From: Candidatus Wildermuthbacteria bacterium
Lineage (GTDB): Bacteria > Patescibacteriota > Minisyncoccia > Minisyncoccales > UBA10102
Length of the DNA: 40,748 nucleotides
Reading direction: 5' to 3'
Assembly: GCA_016181405.1 (NCBI GenBank)
Contig: JACOZJ010000003.1
Location: 1-40,748, forward strand
The notes under the pieces are model-generated. The model saw only the letters and a list, made by a program, of their open reading frames with translations. It did not search any database and was not told the origin of the DNA. Of the stretch, positions 1-9,086 are shown piece after piece; the stretch's first letter is position 1, and every line of letters begins with the position of its first letter. A program made the position numbers and the translations under genes.

Positions 1-248
1 GAACACCATGGGGAGAATGAGATTTGGACTGGTAATCATGCCTCAATCGTACCTTAGATGGCGCGTGAGGGGTATTACCGATGTATCTCATCCTCGACAC
101 TTTTTGTGTTGCGAGTTCAACCTCCAAATAAAACACAATATTGCTATTCGCTTAGCGCGTGGAGGTGAGAGTCTTATCTGGAGGGGCTATGGGCAATGCA
201 AAGAACGTCCTAAGTTTATCGAAGGGCGTTTTTTGCTATAATACAACT

Positions 249-806
249 ATGAGTTCGGTGTTTAAACATTTACAGAACAGGTCGCTGGCACATGTGATGC
301 GGTTTAACTTAAAGCCCCAGCATTTTCCCGAGAGTGTGTCCGATCACTCGTATTTTGTTGCTTATATCGTGAGCATCCTTTGCCATTTGCTGGGACAGCA
401 AAGTGAGCATACGGTGGATAAGCAGAAGGTTCTTGAAATGGCGCTGGTGCACGATATGGAAGAGATGTTTTCAGGAGACATTGTTACGCCGTTTAAACAT
501 TATTCCGCTGAAATGGAAAAGGCGATTGCCAAAGTAAATAAAGAGATGATTGGCGAAGTATTCGTAGATCTTCCCGAAGAACTTGCCGCCCACTATGTTG
601 CGTTGTGGAACGAGGAAGGAGCGGGCGAGACTATTGAGGCGCAAATAGTGAAAGTGGCAGACAAGCTTTCTCTTATAGCAAAGTGCGCAGAAGAAGTACG
701 GGTGGGCAACGAATTTTTCCAGGAGATTTACGAGCAGGGCATTAAGTTTTTGGAACAGTACGACAAGCCGTGGTGGCAGAAAATCAAGGCGCAAATTCTC
801 CCGTAA
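249..806 (+). CDS. HD-domain phosphohydrolase, YfbR/HDDC2-like 5'-deoxynucleotidase
   Basis: Motifs ESVSDHSY, ALVHDMEE, GDIVTPFK, VKVADKLS. Start moved from ORF 159 to ATG 249, which lies 6 nt after TGcTATAAT (234-242). Confidence 0.85.
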   Translation: MSSVFKHLQNRSLAHVMRFNLKPQHFPESVSDHSYFVAYIVSILCHLLGQQSEHTVDKQKVLEMALVHDMEEMFSGDIVTPFKHYSAEMEKAIAKVNKEMIGEVFVDLPEELAAHYVALWNEEGAGETIEAQIVKVADKLSLIAKCAEEVRVGNEFFQEIYEQGIKFLEQYDKPWWQKIKAQILP

Positions 807-855
807 CGCACGCATCGCGAAGCATCGCGGTTTCTCCTCGCGCTTAACCCCTCTG

Positions 856-998
856 CATATGCGAGAGCGTATGCTTTTCTCGGTCACGCTCGCTTGCTCC
901 AGCGGCAAGCGAGCTCCATCCTCGGCAAAATTTTGCTTTCAGCAAATCCAAGCATTTTGCCTGCGGGGACCTTCGAAAAGCACATGCTCTCGCGCATG
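856..998. other. Structured intergenic element (long terminal stem enclosing two hairpins); ncRNA, REP or MITE-like
   Basis: 861-879 pairs with 975-993; perfect 10-bp hairpin 888-914; second hairpin 924-961; lies between convergent genes. Confidence 0.55.
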
Positions 999-1022
999 GC
1001 ATAGGAAATATATTTTTAGTTT

Positions 1023-1346
1023 TTATCTGTCTAGAGCTTTGATGCGGGCGGCTTCCTCGTCCAGGAGCGGGCCTGCGTGTTCCGCGCTGTGGGCGTGCGA
1101 ACCTTTGTAGCTTGCTTGTTTTTGATCCAAGTGAAGATTTACGATAGCGGTTTTTGCGTCTTGGGCAGACGCGCAATACGCGTGAAATTTTGGGTAGGAG
1201 CGCCCTGTTAAGAATCGATGGAATACAAACTCCTGTCCGCCTCCGCCCTCTGCGGCGGGCTTCGTCGGGGTGAAGGCGGGCGAGTAGCCACATTCGCGCA
1301 TAAATGTATAAAGAGTTTTGCCAGAAAGGTTGATTGAAAATTTCAT
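1023..1346 (-). CDS. Hypothetical protein
   Basis: Compact 107-aa ORF with motif-like YPKFH and LHLDQK...SY.G.HAHSAE; fills the gap between divergent/convergent neighbours. Confidence 0.7.
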   Translation of the reverse strand: MKFSINLSGKTLYTFMRECGYSPAFTPTKPAAEGGGGQEFVFHRFLTGRSYPKFHAYCASAQDAKTAIVNLHLDQKQASYKGSHAHSAEHAGPLLDEEAARIKALDR

Positions 1347-1368
1347 TGTGTGATATACTATGCATATT

Positions 1369-1794
1369 ATGATACCTCAAAATAGCAAATTCGCGCCAAT
1401 GTTGTTGGTTGCCATGGTGGGTGCGGTTTTTATTTTTAGCTTATATGTATTTTTGACAACCGAGAATACTGTTATTGTAGTAAATGAAGCTGCGACCGAG
1501 CCCAAAGAAGTGGTTGTAACGGGAAGCGAACAGCCCAAGCCAGAAGTAGAACAGCCCAAGCTAAATCCGCGGATTCGCATTTTGGAAACCGGTGTGGGAT
1601 TCTTGAATGTGCGCGAGAGCGGCTCTACGCAGGCAAGACAGGTAGGTCGTGTTCTACCCGGAGAGGTGTATGAATATACCCAGCTGCAAAACAACTGGTA
1701 CAAAATTGTGCATCCTGATTTTCCAAATGCGTGGGTTTCTGGCCAGTATGTGGAGGTGGTGGATCGAAGTAGTGACCTGATGGGTGGTGAGTAG
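1369..1794 (+). CDS. Membrane-anchored bacterial SH3 (SH3b) domain protein
   Basis: N-terminal TM helix; C-terminal FLNVRESGST...VGRVLPGEVY...WYKI...AWVSGQYV is typical SH3b. Start 1369 preferred over 1360 because TGaTATACT ends at 1359. Confidence 0.85.
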   Translation: MIPQNSKFAPMLLVAMVGAVFIFSLYVFLTTENTVIVVNEAATEPKEVVVTGSEQPKPEVEQPKLNPRIRILETGVGFLNVRESGSTQARQVGRVLPGEVYEYTQLQNNWYKIVHPDFPNAWVSGQYVEVVDRSSDLMGGE

Positions 1795-1815
1795 AAAACT
1801 CCTTTTGAGCTTAAT

Positions 1816-1847
1816 GTCCTATCTCCTCATGGATAGGACTTTTTTTT
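1816..1847 (+). terminator. Intrinsic terminator after the SH3b gene
   Basis: gtcctatc-N8-gataggac followed by a T run. Confidence 0.7.
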
Positions 1848-1872
1848 CCTATCTCCATGAAAAATGTCCCAA

Positions 1873-1900
1873 TTGACAGGTTGTTTTGGGTTGCTAGAAT
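1873..1900 (+). promoter_or_regulatory. Sigma70-type promoter for the large surface protein
   Basis: TTGACA-N16-TAGAAT with extended TG; ATG at 1916. Confidence 0.65.
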
Positions 1901-1915
1901 GGGCGATACTTTGCC

Positions 1916-4900
1916 ATGGGACACTTTGTAAAAAATCGAAATAGCGCTTTCATTTTTGGTGTTTTGTTTGACGCGATTTACGCTACAGCACTCACTTTTG
2001 TTGTGCTGTTTTTTGGCATAGCTGGTTCGTTTCTTGCTTCGCCAGCCGTGACATACGCAACGGGGGGTGCAAGTGCTGAAATTGAAGTTGAGTTTACTTG
2101 TACTTCTGTTGTCGTAGAATCCACAAAAGATATTTCGAATGTGGTGCTTTTGTTCGCTGACGATACAACACAAAAGTTCGACGAACTTTCCGGCCATACC
2201 GGGACATTCACTGGCACCGGGGACAACGAAGGCAAAATTATTTCCGCTGTTTGGGTGAAATCGGGAAATAATGCAAGCGGTGATGGCCCAGGATACGGAG
2301 AAAAATTTGAGAGTGACGCGGCTTGCGATGGCGGGAATGATGATGAGGAGGAAGAAGAGTGCATGGAAGATCCTGAAGCCGATCTCGAAGGCGCTATAAC
2401 AGATGGGACAGGAAACGCTACCGTGACAAACAGCTCTGCAAAGTGCACGTACAAAGTGGGGCTTGCGGTCTACGAAATAGGAAAATGGAACAAGCAGACA
2501 TTATTTGATTCCCACTATCCTGTTATGGCGGGTCCTGAAGAAACGGTAAACCTCGCCGTAGATCTTCCCGAGTGCAACTATCAAATTGATCTTCTTTATG
2601 GGGATCTCATTGAAGACTTCCAGGACGGCTCCGTAGTGTACGGGGAGCGTTTGCTGGACGCAGCTAAGGTAACGGATCGTAAGGTCTGCGGCGAAGATGG
2701 CCTTGTTATCCGGGGGAGAAAATACGAAGACAAGAATGGAAATGGCCAGTACGAGGGAAGCACCGAGCCAAGCCTTACGGGATGGGAAATTACTCTCAAG
2801 GAAACAGACGGCACCGTACTTGAGACAATGGACACTGATGATGATGGCCTCTACGCTTTTTCGGGGCTTGCGGCAGGAACCTTTCTCATCTGCGAGGAAG
2901 ATCGAAGCGGATGGACGCAAACCCAACCGGCAACCCAGAGCAAATGCCATACGGCAACTCTTACTGACCACGACATCTGGCGAAACTTTGGGAACAAGCA
3001 AGAAAGCACCCCTCCGCCTCTCACGTATTCTATTTCTGGAATGAAATTCGAGGATGAAGATGGAGACGGGGTAAAAGATAGCAACGAACCGGGAGTTAGG
3101 AGCTGGAGTATTCACCTTGAGACATCGGATGGAAGCGATGATGTTCATGCTACAGACTACAACGGGAAATATAACTTTGGCGGTCTTGTTGCTGGACAGT
3201 ATACTCTTTGCGAATTCCAGCGGAACGGCTGGACCCAGACACTTCCAAACCCAAGCGTCAATAACGGCTGCTATTCGATCACCATAACCAATCAAAATAT
3301 TTCCGGAAAAGATTTCGGAAATAAAAGGGTAAGTGAAGAGGAAACAACGATCGTCGGCAAGAAGTACGAAGATCTCAATAAGAATGGACAAAGAGATGAT
3401 CAAGAGCCCGGTCTCCAGGGCTGGACAATTACCCTGACCTACCCAGATGATACTACCAAGAGTGATGTCACTGGTGAGGACGGGTTCTTTGAGTTCACAG
3501 ACAACATTGTCCCTGGAACCTACACTCTCTGTGAAACCATGCAAGACGGGTGGGATCAAACCCAACCAGCAACCACTTCCGGTTGCCATACCATCCATGT
3601 AGATGAGAGTGACGGCCAGATATGGAGAAACTTCGGGAATGTGGAAGAGGAGGAAGAAGAAGCAACAGCAACTATTGTGGCAACAAAAATTGTTTGCAAT
3701 GACGAATCTTTGCTTCCAAACTGGGGCGATGTGAAAGCGGATCCAAATATTACCGCTTCCACTGTAACAGATTTTCTTGCCGACAAAGGTGAAGATTGTT
3801 GGCTGGAGGAGGGGTGGGAATTTCAATGGACGCCGGAGACAACGTTCAACGATTTCCCAGAAAATCCAGGAGACAACACTGCCGCGGCAGGCAGCCCGTG
3901 GGTAACATTTGGTCCCACCGATGGGACAGGAGTTGCCAGCACTGTAGTTCCGCTCGCGAATGTAAATCCCAGAATCTGGCTTCGGGAGGTATGGAAAGAA
4001 GAGTATATTCCGTTTACCGGTTTGCATGATCCTGCGGAAGAATCAGACGACGTATCCGCAGAATTCTACTGTCATACGGATGGCATTTACTACGATAACC
4101 TTGATTTCGTTTCAAATCCCGAAGACGGGGGCACCTACTACTGTGTTGCTTTTAATGTTCTTGAGGAAGAAGAGCCGGAACCAGAGCCGAGTCCGACTCC
4201 CACCCCAACTCCGACGCCCACCCCTGAACCAACCCCGACCCCAACTCCAACACCAACACCAACGCCCGCGCCGGATTCGGGAGGAGGGGGTGGTGGCGGT
4301 GGCGGAATCTCAAGGGCTTCCGGATTTGTTGGAATTCCGGTGTTTGCAGCAACGCCAACGCCAACGCCGGGAGGAGTTACGGAGTGCTTCTATCTTAGAG
4401 ATTTTCTTCGTATTGATTGGGACAACGATCCGATTGAAGTTTTGAAGCTCCAATCGTTCCTCAATACATTTGAAAACATCCCTACTCCATTAACTGGCGT
4501 ATTTGACCAGGATACGTTTAACGCGGTTGTGATATTTCAGGAACGCTATTTCGACGATATTTTAGCGCCCTGGGGACACGACGCGGGGACAGGATTTGTT
4601 TACTTGACGACACGAAAGAAAATAAATGAGATTTATTGTGATAAGTCGTTTCCTCTTACGCCAGAGCAATTGAAGGAAATTGATTGGTTCCGGGCCTTCT
4701 TGGAGCAATTGAAAGCAGGAGACCCACCTTCTGGAGATCCACCTAATGGGGGAGAAATAGATCCGCCCGATCCAAGCGGAGTAGAAGCTACGCCGCTCCC
4801 GGAGGATCAGGATGAAGATTTAGATTCGCGCATTCGGGAGCAGGTTGGCCTTCTTGGGACAGGGGAAGATAGGAATGGTGGGGATAACTTTTTGGGAGCG

Positions 4901-5020
4901 CTTAAGTTTTCCTCTCCCGAGGAATGGAGAAGATTTCTTTTCTACCTACTTGGGATTGCGGGCCTCATGACCTTGTGGTGGCTTTTGGAGAGGCGCCGCG
5001 CAAGACGAGTTGCGCTATAA
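1916..5020 (+). CDS. Large modular cell-surface protein: three Cna-B/SdrD-B-like repeats, Pro/Thr and Gly linker, peptidoglycan-binding-like domain, C-terminal TM anchor
   Basis: Repeats of G.KyED.nGnG..d..EPgl.GWtItL...G.Y.lCE....GWtQTqP...NFGN; (PT)n tract; V.KLQSFLN...TGVFDQDT.NAV..FQ; terminal hydrophobic helix followed by an Arg-rich tail. Confidence 0.85.
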   Translation: MGHFVKNRNSAFIFGVLFDAIYATALTFVVLFFGIAGSFLASPAVTYATGGASAEIEVEFTCTSVVVESTKDISNVVLLFADDTTQKFDELSGHTGTFTGTGDNEGKIISAVWVKSGNNASGDGPGYGEKFESDAACDGGNDDEEEEECMEDPEADLEGAITDGTGNATVTNSSAKCTYKVGLAVYEIGKWNKQTLFDSHYPVMAGPEETVNLAVDLPECNYQIDLLYGDLIEDFQDGSVVYGERLLDAAKVTDRKVCGEDGLVIRGRKYEDKNGNGQYEGSTEPSLTGWEITLKETDGTVLETMDTDDDGLYAFSGLAAGTFLICEEDRSGWTQTQPATQSKCHTATLTDHDIWRNFGNKQESTPPPLTYSISGMKFEDEDGDGVKDSNEPGVRSWSIHLETSDGSDDVHATDYNGKYNFGGLVAGQYTLCEFQRNGWTQTLPNPSVNNGCYSITITNQNISGKDFGNKRVSEEETTIVGKKYEDLNKNGQRDDQEPGLQGWTITLTYPDDTTKSDVTGEDGFFEFTDNIVPGTYTLCETMQDGWDQTQPATTSGCHTIHVDESDGQIWRNFGNVEEEEEEATATIVATKIVCNDESLLPNWGDVKADPNITASTVTDFLADKGEDCWLEEGWEFQWTPETTFNDFPENPGDNTAAAGSPWVTFGPTDGTGVASTVVPLANVNPRIWLREVWKEEYIPFTGLHDPAEESDDVSAEFYCHTDGIYYDNLDFVSNPEDGGTYYCVAFNVLEEEEPEPEPSPTPTPTPTPTPEPTPTPTPTPTPTPAPDSGGGGGGGGGISRASGFVGIPVFAATPTPTPGGVTECFYLRDFLRIDWDNDPIEVLKLQSFLNTFENIPTPLTGVFDQDTFNAVVIFQERYFDDILAPWGHDAGTGFVYLTTRKKINEIYCDKSFPLTPEQLKEIDWFRAFLEQLKAGDPPSGDPPNGGEIDPPDPSGVEATPLPEDQDEDLDSRIREQVGLLGTGEDRNGGDNFLGALKFSSPEEWRRFLFYLLGIAGLMTLWWLLERRRARRVAL
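4175..4273 (+). repeat. Coding Pro-Thr/Pro-Glu dipeptide repeat (linker)
   Basis: PEPEPSPTPTPTPTPTPEPTPTPTPTPTPTPAP. Confidence 0.9.
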
Positions 5021-5117
5021 TGTCCTAACTCAACGAAACGATGTCCTATTTCAGTCAAGAACGGGTGGATTTTTATAGACGTGGCGCCTTTCTAATGCAA
5101 AAAGTTTCCCAAAAAAG

Positions 5118-5139
5118 TTTTCCACAGTTTTGTGGAAAA
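5118..5139. promoter_or_regulatory. Inverted pair of DnaA-box-like 9-mers (or another operator)
   Basis: TTTTCCACA (5118-5126) and its reverse complement TGTGGAAAA (5131-5139); both fit TTWTNCACA. Confidence 0.45.
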
Positions 5140-5168
5140 CTGATGTGCAAAAGTTTTTCCAATAACTA

Positions 5169-5196
5169 TTGACACTACTGCCAGGTTAGCTATTCT
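5169..5196 (+). promoter_or_regulatory. Sigma70-type promoter of the SipW operon, implying a leader of about 275 nt
   Basis: TTGACA-N16-TATTCT; first ATG at 5477. Confidence 0.55.
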
Positions 5197-5476
5197 GACA
5201 AATATAGTGTTTTTCTATGTTTTCCCTCGTACAGACATATTGCGTGGGAGTTTGGAATGAAGTTTTCGGTTGTGCGCGCGCGGATTTCCAGTAGAATCTG
5301 GGGTCCGCTTTTTCTTTTTGTTGCTGGCATTGGTTTTCCGCTGTTGTGGCGGGTTGGTAACGGAGAAAAGGCGGACTCCGGATTGTACCCGCACGCTGGT
5401 GCGAGGCAAGCAAGTTCGGAACGCAAAGGTCGGAAACTGTTAACCAACACAAGGGAAATGTGTTGAAACAAACGAG

Positions 5477-7279
5477 ATGAAAAAGAAAATTATACTAGCT
5501 GCGATTGCGTTGGTGGCAGTTGCCGGAGGAGTGGCAGGATTGTCCGCGTTCGAAGCACACGTTATCAACGTAACCGCGAAGATCGAAAACGCTCTGCGTG
5601 TCCCAACCGAACCCATTGATTTTGGCACCGTGTTTCCACAAGAGGAACTCGACCGAACATTCGATGTGGCTTTGTCGCAATCTTTCCTGGACGAAAATCG
5701 AGTGGATGATGTGGAATACGCGATTCGCCAAAAGCCGAAGTGCGGAGTCACCACAGACAACGGGCAAACATTGGTTGGCCCAACTGGGACTGGCCATGTG
5801 AGTTTGGACTCTGAAGATCAAGTTGTTATTGATTGCGGTCCTGCTCCACGCGACTTGACGACAGGCGAAACCTGGGACGTGCTTCCTCTGCTTTGTCCTT
5901 ATCTCTCAAAGCATGAGATAACAGAGGATGGATCCGAAACAAACAACGATTCTGATGTGCCGGCATTTCATGAGCCATGGACATTCAGCAACCATCAAGT
6001 TGTATGGACAGAAGCACTCGGACGGCTTTCGAAGCTTGCCGGGGATACGCTGGATACCTGGAACCTCGACTTGAAAGTTCCATGCTTCGGCGGAAATTGC
6101 GCGCAGGACTGGGAGGCGTTTGTGACAGGAATCAACGCGAGCGCGACTCCTGCTCAATATGTTCAGCCGATCGCAGAAGAACACAAAGTGTTCGGATGTG
6201 ATTTGTGGATTGAGGTAAATGGAGTGAGCGTGGCAGTTCCTTGCGTTCCTGGCGACTTCACGGTGGTGAGTGACACCACGAATACGGTTGAAGGCAACGG
6301 AAATGCCGTGGCAGTTTCTTCTCCGCATCCAAGCTGGACGGCTTCGATTCCCGGAGCGACATGGATTTGGTCTGAAGATCCAGTAAGCACCGAAAACAAT
6401 CAAACGGAGACATTTGTCAAACAGTTCAATGTTTCCGGAACGAGTGTTTCGGCTGCGAGCCTGATGATCGCGACTGACAATACCTACAGCGTGGAAGTGA
6501 ACGGATCTGCGGTTTGCTCGTCTGCGGATGAAAATAATTTCCAACTCGGAACACAAGACGTGTGCCCGGTGACAAATCTGGTTGCTGGAGCAAACACTCT
6601 TGAAATCACCGTGAACAACATAGGAGTTGGAAGTTCAGCAAATCCTGCTGGATTGCTCTACAAACTGTCATACACGACTGCTTGCGGAACATTGGGTTGT
6701 GCTGAAAAAGCAGATGCAATGCTCGTGCTTGATCGGTCAGGAAGCGTTGGTGATAACCTGACTGATTTGAAAAATGCGGCACACGCTTTCGTAACCGCAT
6801 TAAGCCCAGCAACTGACGGTGCTCACTTGGGGCAAGTAAGTTTCTCAAGCAGCGCAACACTGGATGTCCACTTGACAGCCGATGGTTCTGTTGTGGATAC
6901 AGCAATTGATGCGTTAGTCAGTGCCGGTTTTACAAACCTTGAAGATGCACTTTTGCAGGCAACTGCGGAATTTGCAAATCCAGGTGACGGACATGACCGT
7001 GCGGATGCTGATTCTGCAGACTTTATCGTGTTGATAACCGATGGAGCTCCGACTGCGAGCAACGGGCCCGATACCCATGAGCAGGACGCGATTAACGCAG
7101 CAAACGCAGCAGACGCGGCCGGAATTACTATCTACGTAGTTGGTGTCGGAACTGATACTAGCACTGCTGATTTCTTGGAAAACAGTATAGCAACAAGTCC
7201 CGCTCATTACTTTGACGCGGCTGACTTTGATGATTTGCAAGCTATTCTTGAAAGTTTGACTACGTGCAACGGAGATTAG
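5477..7279 (+). CDS. Secreted putative fibre subunit A: SipW-class-like signal, Cys-rich shared domain, lectin-like beta-sandwich, vWA domain
   Basis: MKKK-hydrophobic-GVAGLSA/FEAHVINVTA; WTASIPGATWIW sandwich; vWA MIDAS motifs LVLDRSGS, GFTNL, LITDG. Confidence 0.8.
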   Translation: MKKKIILAAIALVAVAGGVAGLSAFEAHVINVTAKIENALRVPTEPIDFGTVFPQEELDRTFDVALSQSFLDENRVDDVEYAIRQKPKCGVTTDNGQTLVGPTGTGHVSLDSEDQVVIDCGPAPRDLTTGETWDVLPLLCPYLSKHEITEDGSETNNDSDVPAFHEPWTFSNHQVVWTEALGRLSKLAGDTLDTWNLDLKVPCFGGNCAQDWEAFVTGINASATPAQYVQPIAEEHKVFGCDLWIEVNGVSVAVPCVPGDFTVVSDTTNTVEGNGNAVAVSSPHPSWTASIPGATWIWSEDPVSTENNQTETFVKQFNVSGTSVSAASLMIATDNTYSVEVNGSAVCSSADENNFQLGTQDVCPVTNLVAGANTLEITVNNIGVGSSANPAGLLYKLSYTTACGTLGCAEKADAMLVLDRSGSVGDNLTDLKNAAHAFVTALSPATDGAHLGQVSFSSSATLDVHLTADGSVVDTAIDALVSAGFTNLEDALLQATAEFANPGDGHDRADADSADFIVLITDGAPTASNGPDTHEQDAINAANAADAAGITIYVVGVGTDTSTADFLENSIATSPAHYFDAADFDDLQAILESLTTCNGD

Positions 7280-7330
7280 TTCTAGCTACACTCTGTCCCG
7301 TCATTCGACGGGATGGAGATGTGGCTAGAA
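7280..7330 (+). other. Long imperfect hairpin directly after the stop codon (stabiliser or partial terminator)
   Basis: ttctagc...gtcccgtc-attc-gacgggat...gctagaa. Confidence 0.6.
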
Positions 7331-7469
7331 TATAGAAAATCTTGATGGTTGGTCCGCCTCTTCGCTTGAGAGGAAACAGGGGAGCGGGGACGAGCCATAA
7401 AGGTTCGGACGCAATAAAAGGTCGAACGAAACTAAGTCGAGAAATAATAACGTACGTAATTAGGAAAAA

Positions 7470-9065
7470 ATGAAAAAGAAATTTGCTTTAACACTCGTTG
7501 CCTTTGTTGCGGTTGCTGCAGGTGTGGCAGGATTGTCCGCGTTCGAAGCGCATGTCATTAATGTAACAGCGCAGATTGAAAACGCGTTGCAGGTGCCAAC
7601 CGATTCCATTGATTTTGGTACAGTATTTCCACAGGAAGAATTGAGTCAGGAAGTATCTGTTTCTCTCTCAAGCTCTTTCTTGGATGAAAATCGCGTGGAT
7701 GACGTAGATTACTTTATTCGCCAGAAGCCGAAGTGCGCGGTAACAACAGATAACGGAACAGTATTGGTTGATCTTCCAACGGCTACCGGGCATATTGATC
7801 CTGAAACTGGAGAAGTTGATTGTGGAGAGGCTCCTGCTGGATTTGAGGAAGAAACTATGGATTGGGGAGTCCTTCCTTCGCTTTGTGAGTACATTTCAAA
7901 GCATCCGGATGGAAATCCAACGCCAAGTAATGATGGTTCCTTGAATTCATTCCACACTCCGTGGGTTGTGGGTAGCGGTTCGATTGATTGGACTGATACG
8001 CCGGGGCGACTTGCAAAATCAGAAAATGACACAGAAGATACTTGGACGATTGATTTGGCGGTGCCCTGCTTCGGCGGAAATTGCGCGCAGGATTGGTTGG
8101 ATTTTGTCCGTCGCGTATCGGGCGATGAAACCATGACGCAGGAGGAGGCAGATGCGTTTACGCGGCCGATCGCAGACGAGCATAAGATTTTCGGATGCGA
8201 TCTGTGGATTGAGGTAAATGGAGTGAGTGAAACGCCTGAACCAGGACCAGTGCGAGAAACAGTAGGAGCTGACCTTTCAAGCTATGTCGCGCCAGATCCA
8301 AGCCAATGTGATGTGACAGTGCACAGCGGTGAATCCATCGCGACTGCGGTTGCTGGTGCAAGTCAAAACAATACAGTCTGCGTAGAAGCTGGAACATACA
8401 ATGAAACTGTGCCTATTGAGATTGTAGGGTTGAGTCTTGTTGGAGCTAGTCCAGTTACCACCACGATTAACGGAGGCGTCATCATTAACGCAGACGGAGT
8501 AACAGTAACTGGATTCAAGGTTATTCCTGGAAACACGGAGGGCAGCGTTGCAGGGTTTTACTTGAAAGAAGCGGCTGATAATGCAAGGATTTCCTTCAAT
8601 GACATTGATGGTACGGGTATTGTGGTTGGAGATCCTCGTGGAATCTTGAATGTGATTGGTACCGATATAGGTGGTGTACTGATTGATAATAACTTCATCC
8701 ACGATCTTACGACTGGTATCTACACCAATCCACATACAGGTAGTTTGTGGACCATCAGCAACAATGATATTGATGACAACCTTGCTGGTATTGGGCAGTG
8801 GAACGGCGCGAACGTGCTGAACAATGAGTTTGAGCATACAGCGGCGGGCTCTGAAGCAATTGGTGTGGATAACGCTTGGGATGCGAATGGCGGCGTAGCG
8901 AACTTCAACAATTTCCTGAACGGCACCATGATAAACCAATACGGCGTTATTGCAGGAACGATAAATGCAGAGAATAACTTCTTTAGCACTGGTGCAGTGG
9001 TCGCAGTTAATGGTTCGAGTATTGACGCGAGTCCAGAGGAGGGAAGTGCGTTTCCGCATAACTAG
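7470..9065 (+). CDS. Secreted putative fibre subunit B: same signal and shared domain, C-terminal right-handed beta-helix (pectin-lyase-like)
   Basis: N-terminal about 250 aa paralogous to 5477-7279. SIATAVAGA...TVCVEAGTYNE.V.I cap, Asn-ladder repeats and INAENNFF ending. Confidence 0.8.
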   Translation: MKKKFALTLVAFVAVAAGVAGLSAFEAHVINVTAQIENALQVPTDSIDFGTVFPQEELSQEVSVSLSSSFLDENRVDDVDYFIRQKPKCAVTTDNGTVLVDLPTATGHIDPETGEVDCGEAPAGFEEETMDWGVLPSLCEYISKHPDGNPTPSNDGSLNSFHTPWVVGSGSIDWTDTPGRLAKSENDTEDTWTIDLAVPCFGGNCAQDWLDFVRRVSGDETMTQEEADAFTRPIADEHKIFGCDLWIEVNGVSETPEPGPVRETVGADLSSYVAPDPSQCDVTVHSGESIATAVAGASQNNTVCVEAGTYNETVPIEIVGLSLVGASPVTTTINGGVIINADGVTVTGFKVIPGNTEGSVAGFYLKEAADNARISFNDIDGTGIVVGDPRGILNVIGTDIGGVLIDNNFIHDLTTGIYTNPHTGSLWTISNNDIDDNLAGIGQWNGANVLNNEFEHTAAGSEAIGVDNAWDANGGVANFNNFLNGTMINQYGVIAGTINAENNFFSTGAVVAVNGSSIDASPEEGSAFPHN

Positions 9066-9086
9066 AACTGATTGATTTCTGATTGA

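Noticed and set aside
8-241. 77-aa plus-strand ORF, and a minus-strand frame running off the left edge from about 91
   Set aside because: No recognisable motifs; the plus ORF overlaps the promoter of the HD gene; too little sequence to call the minus frame.
844-1380. ORFs 844-1380 (minus) and 859-1110 (plus)
   Set aside because: They overlap the better 1023-1346 gene and the palindromic element, and their composition is not protein-like.
2501-4027. 508-aa antisense ORF and other long antisense ORFs (e.g. 8277-9146, 36565-37329, 39744-40433)
   Set aside because: Shadow frames of well-supported genes on the opposite strand.
5118-5139. Replication origin suggested by DnaA-like boxes
   Set aside because: Only two boxes, with no dnaA/dnaN nearby and no clear unwinding element.
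5340-5440. c-di-GMP or other known riboswitch upstream of the fibre genes
   Set aside because: I could not match the consensus of any known riboswitch by eye; kept only as an unknown structured leader.
5186-5471. Several short ORFs in the leader of the SipW operon
   Set aside because: No motifs or translation signals; the region is better explained as promoter plus structured leader.
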